Of a stretch of DNA of 64,000 bases, positions 44,268-54,111 are shown in pieces. The notes under the pieces are model-generated. The model made no database searches, had not been told where the DNA came from, and was given only the letters and a program-made list of their open reading frames with translations. The position numbers were made by a program, and so were the translations under genes. The first letter of the stretch is position 1. Every line of letters starts with the position of its first letter. The DNA comes from Carpediemonas membranifera BICM (taxonomy: Eukaryota; Protista; Fornicata), in the NCBI GenBank assembly GCA_019828565.1, contig JAHDYR010000038.1:975478-1039477 (forward strand), read 5' to 3'.

Positions 44268-44424
44268 TTGATTTGAAGCAAAGGACAAGCTTTTTGATCC
44301 AAGTAAAGAGGTATACCTTCATTGCTACACTATTTATGCATGCTACTGCAGTATTGTTCGGATCTGATCAGCGATGCGCCTGTTCTTCGGATCGGGAGTT
44401 GCGAGAAAAAAAAGAGAACGAAGA

Positions 44425-45428
44425 TATGGCGAGAAGAAAGATGCCCGCAAGGAAGCAGCAACCGGTAGGTAAGAGAAGGACTCAAAATCCACCCAACAAG
44501 ACTTTTGAGTCATCTGCTTCTCCGCAGGATCAACGTCCTGCGGAAACGACTGTAACGGCAGCATCACCTCCTCCTCCGCCTCCCAAGTCGCCCGAGGATG
44601 GTAAGGAGCAAGATTCTCCTCCTCCTCCGCCTCCCGAGTCGCCTTCCCATTCATCCAGCTCGTCTGAAGCCGAGGGAGGACTCCGTCGAGGGGTCCGTCA
44701 TGCACGTCCACCCTAGGTGGACGCATGTTTACCCGGGTTCAGACCTGCAGGACGTCAAGCGGCTGATTTCGGATGAGATAAGCCTTCAGGCCATTCCTGC
44801 TCCGGCCTGGATCTCATCCGAGACCCGTTGCGACCCCCGTCTGACCCAGGAGCCCGACCATCCGGCCCTCAATCGGACGCAGAGCGTCGGCCGAGGCATG
44901 ATTGCCACTGAGGATATCTCAGCTGGCACATGTCTCGGCATATACCTCGGGAAGCTGATTCCCGATGCTGAGACGGCCAGCAACAACGGCCAGATGGTGT
45001 TTGTTTCGCATATTCCATTACCATTACACAGCATGTCATTCGCTGACAGTCAGGTCGCCGTCGATGCCATGTCGGCCGCAGCGGGTGTCCACCTGATTAA
45101 CCACAGCCCTGACGATGTCAACTGTGAGTTCGTGGACGTCTTGGTGGATGGCCTGCCAGTGATATCGGTCAGGGCCACTGCCAACATCGTTCGCGGCGAG
45201 TTCTTGCGCATCGATTATGGCGAGACCTACTTTGAGGCCGATGAAGAGGAGCACCCGGTTGCTCGCTTCAAGAGTCTCGCCATAGATGACCCTCACTACC
45301 TCGCTCGAAAGGTGGAGCAGTTCAAAATACTGCAGGTCAAGCCGCAGCCCCGCAAGCGGAAGACCAAGTCCAACCCCGCCCGTAAGCGCTTCCACACTGC
45401 GCGCATGACTCAAGGCAAGAGTGAATAA
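44425..45428 (+). CDS. T1 cargo: SET-domain lysine methyltransferase (intron or frameshift near 44620-44715)
   Basis: GRGMIATEDI..G..LGIYLG, LINHS, VNC and ATANIVRGEFLRIDYGETYF. Confidence 0.9.
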
Positions 45429-45458
45429 ACTTGAAGAGATATCAATTCAATCAATCAT

Positions 45459-46834
45459 TTATGAGCGGGTGACATCCTCCGGACGAGTAGCACGCTTCTC
45501 GGGCTCTGCGGCAGCTGCCTTGCGCTTGCGGTCCGGAAGACTGTAGACACAGGCATGACGATTCTCGATGACGATGAACTGAGTGAGCTTCATGCTCTCA
45601 CAAAGACCTAAGATCTTGTCCAGCGTCGCATCCTGGATGGGCAAGAACTCTGAATCTTCCCAACCTTTGTGGACCCAGAGGCAGGTAAGGTCCTCGTCGA
45701 TCTGGGTGATGATTACCGGAGTGTGACTCAGCTCTACACTGGCCTGGATGGCCTCATGGTCTGCCCAGGGGAAAGGGGAGCCAGGCATCTCAGAGAACGG
45801 GTCGCCCTCGAACCCCTTGCCCTCACAGAAGGATCGGATGTCCTCGTACAGCTGAAGCTTCTCACCAACAGTAGGCTGGGACCCAGTCCTGATGAGATGC
45901 ATGGCGCTGAGAATGCATGAGCCATCCCCAGGCACCTCAGACCGCTTCAGAGAGCTTGTATCGTTCTTAAACTTCTTAGCGGTCTTCTCCATGATGGTTT
46001 GGACGTCATCTTTGGGGTCTGCGGCCACCAAAGCCTCCCGATCCAGGTCTATGACCTCAGCCTCCTTCTTCAAGGGCACAAGCTTCTCCGTCTCGAGCTT
46101 TTTCAATCTTGGCCCGGGCTCGCCAAAGCTCCCTCTTCAAATCACGGATCGCACCGTTGTGTTCCACGGCAAGATGGCGGCGCAGGAGGCGCGATGTGCC
46201 ACTCAGGGTACTTCTGTGGACGGGAGAGTCCATCAGAAGCGCGTCCAGGTGCCTTATCCGGTCGAACTGCACGTCGACCGGGTCCGACAGCTCAGGCTCG
46301 GCGTTGTTCTTGAACGAACGGACGACCCCCCGACCTTCCTGGCTTCACCTTGCGCATTATGCGCTCACGGAGCAGCGAAAGGACTGAATAAGCAGGAGTT
46401 ATTTGGAGTACTTACCTCCAACGTCGTGCTCGTGATCCGAAGACACTTCTCGGCGGACCTTCTGGACAAGGCTGTCGTAGGCATGATCTCCCATGACCTT
46501 CTTCAGCTCAGCCGATGTCGTGATCAGCTCAAGCTGAGCCTCGGCAGTTTCTCTTAGGTGCAGGATAAGGTGAGGCGACCTGAAGAGCTTGCGAAGCGTT
46601 TTCCAGCCAATATCTGTGTAAAAAGGTATGGGGAAAGTACTTACGATCACGAAGAAGGGCGGTGAGGATCTTGTCATCGGGCAGAAGGAACTTACGAAGA
46701 AGTGAGCACTTGATCATCTCCTGCGCGTTTGATGAGGCCTGACTGATCTCAGCGCTGTCATAGAAGATAAAGAACTGCTTACCAAACGTTTTCGAACGCT
46801 TCAAGAGCATGTAGAAGTCGAAAACCGATTGCAT
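45459..46834 (-). CDS. T1 cargo: OTU-family cysteine protease with N-terminal extension; introns 46614-46644 and 46384-46415
   Basis: VPGDGSCILSA, WADHEAIQA and ENRHA. Both introns are GTAAGTAC...CAG and link adjacent ORFs; two further frameshifts are needed. Confidence 0.75.
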
Positions 46835-46871
46835 GATTATAAGGCTCTCAGGACCTAATGAAAAATTCATA

Positions 46872-47000
46872 AGGCTCTGAGAGCCTAATAAACTCATGCG
46901 GAAAAATGACCAGTATCAGTAGGCAACGGCGCGGGAGATTCATTAGGCTCTGAGAGCCTTATACACGATTTCGAATTGGTGTATAAGGCTCTGAGAGCCT
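46872..47000. repeat. Three copies of the palindrome AGGCTCT-G-AGAGCCT
   Basis: Copies at 46872-46886, 46945-46959 and 46986-47000; a half copy at 46842. Confidence 0.9.
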
Positions 47001-47651
47001 ATGAACTCAGAGAGGTCCTCGGGGCACTTCGGTGCAGAATTTTTGATTGGGCATCTGATTGGACCATGGGGCGGATGCTCAGAGGGATGAATGCGAGCTC
47101 AATGGAGACCATTGGACATGTCAGAGATGGCATGTCCAGGTGAAGAGTCCATCATGGAAGGAGCCATTCACGATAAGTCTTCTAAATGTTGTGTTGCGAG
47201 CGTCTGAAGGGCTTTCTCTGGATACCGACCAAGATGGAGGTCACGTGGATCAACGGACGATAATTGCGGTATTCTGGCCTTGTATGCCACTCTTAAATCC
47301 ATTGTTTGATCCATTCCCGCGTTTATAGTTCATCTCAACGCTTCCTCGACGAGTTACAATTGTTGATGTTGTTTAGGTTCTATTACAGGCCATTCGAGGC
47401 CACAGAGCTCTCATGATGTTGTTTTTAGTGATATACACATGCTTGCCAGCGTTTGAGGATCGATACTCTTCTCCTTTCTTCGTTTGGTTTTCTAATTTCG
47501 TTGCGAGCATAAAGTGCACCTTGAAGAAACGTTATGCCTCCGAAACGGAGTAATACTGCTAAGAGCAAGGGCAGAAAGCGTCTAAACGCTGTGGAAATGA
47601 TTTCTACTTACTTAGAGAAGGAGCACGCTGCTGGAAGCATCTCCGCTGCCG

Positions 47652-48221
47652 ATGTCGCCACCGGAAACCGCATTTGCAATGAGGGTGGTTGACAGACGCC
47701 CCAATGACCTCCCCACATTCGTTCCGGAGGATCTTAGGGATGAAGCGGAGTTCCGTTCTCTCGATAGCATTGAGCAGATCATGGCGCAGTACAAGGGCGA
47801 GTCTTCTGAGGCCAAGGAGAAGCGCTTCAGGGCCCTCATCAGCCTGGACGCCGAAGGAGATGAGGTCGACCATGGCAGCCCTCTCTTGGCAACTGTCCGT
47901 GAGTACCGCGAGCTGTTCCACGGCATCCCTCAGTCGGTCCGCCCCCGCGCTTACGCCTTCGTCGCCCAGAGGCTTGGTATCTCTGTCGACAAGGTCAGAG
48001 AGGTCCTTCTGGAGAGTGTGTGCCGCAAGGACTCTAAGCTCATCTTCGAGCGTCCGCAGCTTGTCCTCAAGAAGCACTCGAAGACCTTCAAGGACCTCGC
48101 CGCTGTGATTGAGAAGAGGAACGCTGCCCGTGCCGCTGCAGAGGCTCGTGATGTTCTGCGTATACCCGTTTACGCGAGCCTCCTGCTCTTCCACGCAGCT
48201 AACGTCAACTCAAATGAGTAA
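47652..48221 (+). CDS. T1 cargo: unknown helical protein (189 aa)
   Basis: ATG-initiated, protein-like ORF between AT-rich spacers; no motif recognised. Confidence 0.55.
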   Translation: MSPPETAFAMRVVDRRPNDLPTFVPEDLRDEAEFRSLDSIEQIMAQYKGESSEAKEKRFRALISLDAEGDEVDHGSPLLATVREYRELFHGIPQSVRPRAYAFVAQRLGISVDKVREVLLESVCRKDSKLIFERPQLVLKKHSKTFKDLAAVIEKRNAARAAAEARDVLRIPVYASLLLFHAANVNSNE

Positions 48222-48344
48222 TAAATCGACTGCTTCTTCATTTAATCTTCATTCTCTTCCTCATCTTCCTTCTCAGACAGCAGATGGTACCACTCTTCCT
48301 CGAAATAGTTCTCTTTCTGGTAATCCTTACGCATCTTTGATCTC

Positions 48345-49200
48345 TTATCCACGATCTTTTTGGACCAAATCCCTTCGGTTGCTGTCGTAAAGGGCGATGA
48401 TTATCTCACGTTGCTTCTTGCGCGTCGGGTGCGGGGTAACACTCTTCCTCAGACGCTTAATGTAGCGGTTGAGCTTGTCCGAGGGCTTGGTGGGCAGGGT
48501 GGGTTGGGTGGCTTGGGTTCTCTTTGGGGGAGGCTGGACCTGGTCCACAGAAGTGAAAGCCGTACCGTAGTCGACGGACGGGGGAGCCCTCCAGGACTTC
48601 ATGGCATATCCATGGCAAGCAACGAGACTCTCACCGAGCTTCGTCCACTTGTTCGGGCCGTATGTTGCCTCCATGGTCACCAGTTTCGCATCATCCAGGT
48701 ACTCCATCGTGGACTTTTGCTTGGAGATGGACATCCCCATACGCTGGTAGGCTGGCACAAGAGAACTTACACACTGCAGGCGGATCCTCTGTCCGGCAGA
48801 GGCAACCGAAAGAAGAATCGTGGCGAGACCATTGCCCCTGGCATAGAATGCCGTGCGAATAACCACAACATATAAGTCCTGGCGCAGCTCGGAAGGGGTT
48901 TCATCAGTAGCTTCGGTGTTGTATGACTCCTTCGTGAGCAACAAGGCCGAAATGATGGAATCAGTCTTGCAGTCACGAATCGCAACCAATCTGGGTAAAT
49001 ACCTGGGCAACACTGGGTGAACAAACATGAAGAAGCGATGATCGATGTCATCAACTCCTCTCGTGGCAACGTCCTGCTTAAAAAAACGTACGGACACTGG
49101 GGATGATGTCTGACTTATCAGAAAGTCTTACGTACTGTATATAAGCCTTATGGGCTGCAAGAGTATCCTCTGTCCAAGATTCTTTCCCCGTTTGGTTCAT
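48345..49200 (-). CDS. T1 cargo: GNAT acetyltransferase (probable short first exon from ATG 49200)
   Basis: Motif A LYVVVIRT...ARGNGLATILL and motif B LVPAYQRMGM. Confidence 0.75.
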
Positions 49201-49330
49201 TTTCACAAACTTTTTGTGAAACCTGCGAAATGTGAAATGTGCCATTCATGAAAAAAAAAGTGGCACATATGAAAAATGAATGAATTTATCACGGAACCAT
49301 CTTACATCACTTTTATATCACGCGGATGCC

Positions 49331-51883
49331 TCAATTCTGTCTGCTACACTCTCCACACAGGCAGCAAACTAACTCTATGCCATGGTCCGCCAGACTGCAT
49401 GACATCGTGCCCTCCTCACCCCACGTCAGCGTCGTATGCTCTTCTACAAACTCCCACACTTCATCAACAGTCTCCTGAAAGGTCTGGATCATCTCACGAG
49501 TTGGCTCGAAGGTCACGGTGGTCAGTGTGCGGACACCAAACCAATGCTTCGCATCCTTACAGCAGTCGTGAACTCGCACACACTTGAGTCGCTGGAGCTG
49601 GGGGACAGAGTAGTCCTGCCGACCAAAAGAACGCATGCCCGTCAGGAAGGAACACGCGAGAGTTGTCTGCTCGATCAAGCAAATGCCCTCAAGGACTGCC
49701 TTCCTGTGCAACTTGGCTGCTACCTCCTGGTTCTTGATGAACTCTCGCTCAAAAGTACTCCTCTAGGATATAGAACAGCGGCACCTTGAGATGCTTGTGG
49801 CACAGGGGGCTGCGTCGTGAGTCTGCTGATGCTGTAGAGGTTCTCAGCGCACGGTTTTCTCCTTCGTCTTCGCTTCGCTGCTTGATAGCAGGGATATGGA
49901 AGTCTTATCCTTGTTAGGAATGAACGCAATCGTGACGTGAATGAGGTGGGCCACTGCGGCAGCCATGAAGTGAAACGCGACAGCCGCGTCAGTCACAGGT
50001 TCGGACGAGTAGTACATGGCCTGGAGGTAGCCAATGAGCCGAATGATATCTTGAATGCACTCAGGGAGAGCAACGTAGTCCTCTTGGTCGTGGCAGCCAT
50101 CCTTACACGTGCGGACGACTGCTCGTTACAACCTACGGTCCTATCGATGCTTCGCATGGACGACATACGGCCAAGCTTGAGGTTGAGGAGCTTATTCTGG
50201 ATGATCTCCTCGCGGGACCCGCGGGTGGTGGGATGCTTCTTGAAAGAACCACAGATATGGGCAACCTGCTCGAGTAAACGGTGCGAGTCGTGCATGAATG
50301 GAGGGCATATGACGATCTTCTCAAGAGGGATGACACTACAATTCTCGAATACCATGCGTTCATTGGTGAAATCGCCATAGATTGCAAGTACATCTTGAAC
50401 TCGGTTCGGGTCGTCGACTTCAGCCTGGTATGCTGTCTTATCGTCCAGGTTGTCCTTGATGGTGAGACGATGGCGGCCTGCTATCGGGTGGAGCGCCTTA
50501 CTTTTTGTGGTAAATCGTGTTGCAAGGGTGTGGATAGTTGGGCCGGCCCGACTTTCTGGACAGCATGTGGCGGAGGGCGGCATGATCGCCCATGACGATG
50601 ACATGGTCGAAGATCGTGACCTCACCAGTGTCTCTGATGGGTATCTGACTCGTGTATAGGCGCTCAATCTCCTTCTCGACGCGAGAAAGAGACTCTTCCA
50701 TCAACAAATCACCCTCGCTACCCATATACTCGACTATACGGAAAGGTGGAGTAATCTTGTTGGGGAATGTGAAGCCTGTGGGGTCGTAGATGCGGAGCTT
50801 GAAGGCAGCAGAACCCCCTTTCCACCCGTCAAGCCATAGTAGGATCTTCATGGGGCTAAACGTGACTCCAACCCTGTTGCCAAGGGCGTTCTTGCATCGA
50901 ACGTAGTTGGGCTGGTCCGACTCGAGCCATTCCGGGTGGCGAACAGCTTGCTTGAGGTAACGAACGGCATCAAACCAGACTCGATCAACCTTGTCCCATG
51001 TGGAGCTGTTGAGCCGCTTGCCGAGGGTGACTCCCTGGGTCTGCTTGAGCTCAGGGCGATGACTTGTGGCCTCATCGCTCGTCTCGTAGTGAAGATCAAG
51101 CATTGGCTTCTCCCACTTGAAGTCAATGACGTTCTCCGCGTCCGTCAGGGGCTGGATATCGACACCCTCGTCCACCGTTAGGCGATTGGTGCACTCGAGT
51201 CTCGACTTTGTGCCATTTCTGCCCCACCGCCAGGTCGTGTTGACTGTGACAGACTCCACAGGGACGAGATGACCCAAGAAAGCAACCTCTGGTCTAGTCA
51301 GCGCTGCAACCAGGCCGTTGATCTTGGTGATATTGACCTGCAACTGCTTCACGAAGATATCAGCAGCCTTGCTGGAGATGATTGGCATATGAAGTCGCGC
51401 AGAAAGACTACGGATGAGCTTAAAGAGCTCATGGGTTGCGTTACAACCCGACTTGATGTACATCAGGATAGAAACAAGCTCCAAAATCTGCTTGTAGTTG
51501 TCAGTTTCCTCAGTTGAGACCTCGTGCTGTCTCCGCAAGCGTTCGTGGGTGACAGCAATACGCGCGTGGTCACGTACGAAGACATCGAAGGTCGGGGCGA
51601 CTCCTCTATGGGAACGTACTGCACGCAAGAAGGGTCGAGAGTCGTGCGGGTCGGCGAAAAATCTCGGATCGACCTCCATGTCCGCAAATAGGCCCTGGTT
51701 AGCCATTTCCAAGATGAGTTCACGGAATTCTCGGCGCTGGCGGCCTCGATCCTGTGTATTTCCGCCAATACCAACAAGGGAGAGGTATGTATGAGCGAGA
51801 ATGTAGTTCATACGCTCTGCAGTCCTTGGAGGGCCAGTATTGTCGTAGACAGTGCCAATGAAGGTCTGTATGACAATGTGCAT
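49331..51883 (-). pseudogene. T1 transposase, CMC/Transposase_21-like DDE, with several frameshifts
   Basis: ILLWLDGW, PPFRIVEY, VMGDHAAL and PPFMHDSH; the C-terminal blocks are collinear with the 871-aa T2 protein. Confidence 0.75.
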
Positions 51884-52398
51884 GCTCAGGAATTTTTGCT
51901 GAAGTCACTTTCACATTTCACAAGTTTCACAAGAGTTTGTGAAAGATTTTTGGTTTGGGGCTTCCGCTGCTCTGTTTCCTCCAAAAAGTTGTGAGCAGCA
52001 ACTACACTGAGTTTTATACGTATTCTATGCTTCTCATACCCATTGATGCGTTATTGCGCAATTCTGCTTTGCCCTCAAAGGAAAAGTGAATTTGAATTTC
52101 CCCCTGAATCTTGCAAGATACTGCGGAAGTAACGGTAAGAAAAAATGAAACTCGCCAACGAAAGCAGCTGGAAGAAAATGGTAAAAAGTATTGGAACTAG
52201 GACAATATGGTGTACACTCTGAGCAACTTCATTTCTTTCTGGCGTTCACCTGTGTCACGAGCTCTTTGGGCACTGTTTCGGGCGTTAGGACAAACCAAGG
52301 GTTCCATGATCCTTTGTTGATCTAGTTACACCTCTGTTGTTAGCACAATCTTCCAAGACCATCTCATCGTTGATAAAATTTTGCAGATTTTCGAATGC

Positions 52399-52504
52399 GA
52401 GAAAATGAAGACTTCCCCACAGAACCTGAGTATGTACGGATAGTACTTGACCCCCATGGATTATCCCCCCATGTTTGGTTTTTGTGGGGAAGTCTTCATT
52501 TCTC
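52399..52504. repeat. Subterminal inverted repeat with 28-bp arms
   Basis: Arms 52399-52426 and 52477-52504 share the perfect 19-bp core AAATGAAGACTTCCCCACA. Confidence 0.9.
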
Positions 52505-54111
52505 AATCTCTGATTCAATCATTAATTCATACGGAAGTAGAAGATACTGGAGGCTGAAAACTTCAGAGGGCATTGCTATTAGCTATAAAACACCGCTGTT
52601 AAGATCCCATGTTCGAACGAGCACTTCACATTTACAACATAAAATGCGTTATCCTCTTTTATCAACACTGACACCATGTGATACTTCAAGACGCCAGACA
52701 TGTCTTTTATGCTTCTATAACTACCTTCTAGATGTTCTGGAGGTGCCTGAGATCGCCTGGATCGCGAGGTTTGACCAGCGTTGACACATGAGTATCTCCA
52801 GAGTATCTCCCGGGAGACTCTAGCCATTCTTACAGTATGGGCTCCAGCCAAGACGGAGTGGCTGCACGATCATGTCTCAGACTTACGCGACAAGGGCATC
52901 ACCGAGGCCAACACCGGCCCATATGCCAGTCCAGTAGTCCTCGTGCGAAAGGGGGACGCTTGGCGGCTTTGCATCAACTATGTCCTACTCAACAGCCACA
53001 CCACCCGTCATCGACACCCCCTCCCCAACATGCGCGAGTTCCTTCGCCGAGCAAGTGGGTGCGACCGATTTGCCGCCCTGGACCTGACCTCAGGCTATTG
53101 GCAGGTGCCTATGGCTGACGAGGACAAGGAGAAGACCGCGTTCATCGCCCCTGGCGTGCATGAACAGTTCACCAGGATGCCTTTTGGGCTTGCCAATGCC
53201 CCGTCGCATTTCCAGCGAGGTATCGAGACTATCCTTGGGCCCATCCTCCATAAGGGGGTTGACCCGTACATCGATGACCTCTTCATGTACTCCTCCGAGG
53301 AACTTTTCCTCAAGCTTCTCGATGACACCCTCACTCGCCTGGAAGAAGCCAACGTCCGCCTAGGCGCAAAGAAGTGCCGAATAGGCTATTCCGAGGCCCC
53401 CATAGTTGGTTTCATTGTCGACAAGGCTGGAGTTCACGTAGACCCTGAGCGCACCCGCGCCCTACGAGAGCTTCCCCTCCCCACTGATGTCCACGGGCTC
53501 AGGACCGTGCTCGGCAAGTTCCAGTTCTTAGCCTCATTCATCTCAGAGAAACGCCATGAGCTGTTCAAGCCCCTTACCGCTCTCCTAGAGAAGGACGCCG
53601 TCTTCAGCTTCGGCCCAGCCGAGACTGAGGCTTTCAACACCCTTAAGTCCCTCTTCACCGATGACCTCTTCATCGCTCACCCAGACTTGTCCCTTCCTTG
53701 GACCCTCGAGACCGACGCTTCCAATGTCGGAGCCGGAGGTGTACTCTACCAGACTCCCAACGACAACTCGGGCAGACAAGTGCTGGCCTATTTCTCTCAT
53801 ACGTTCACCCCCACCCAGACCAGATGGGCTACCTGCGAACAGGAACTTTTCGCCATCGTATACGCCTTCACGCACCCCTCCCTCACCCACCTTCTGCGCG
53901 TGAAGCATGTAACCCTCAGAACAGACCACCGTAATCTGATCTACATGATCTACAAGTCCGCGACGAACGACAAGATCCTCCGCTGGCGTCTGACGCTAGC
54001 CGACTTCGACTTTGAAATCACACACGTTCCCGGGAAGGATAACGTCATAGCTGATTCGCTCAGCCGGTATGGCCACGGCCAGACTACAGCCCAACCCGTC
54101 GCCGCCATATC

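Larger units (their letters stand above)
41494..52839. mobile_element. T1: 11,346-bp cargo-carrying DNA transposon, CMC/CACTA-Mirage-like, 50-bp TIRs, 2-bp TSD GG
   Basis: TIRs 41494-41543 and 52790-52839 match at 49/50 (CATACTGTAAGAATGGCTAG...); GG at 41492-41493 and 52840-52841; the empty site restores the host reading frame. Confidence 0.95.
39664..54111 (+). mobile_element. Gypsy D (B-related): 5' LTR 39664-39739, gag-PR-RT start to 41493, split by T1, RT-RH 52842-54111, then cut by H
   Basis: LIDSGS and EGLPPHKYLD (B has DGLPLHKYLD). Removing T1 and one GG restores MKPRPLAPAKTEWL in frame. Confidence 0.92.

Noticed and set aside
41494-52839. T1 as a Polinton/Maverick, virophage or endogenous virus
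   Set aside because: No pPolB, packaging ATPase, capsid or rve integrase recognised; the TSD is 2 bp, not 5-6 bp.
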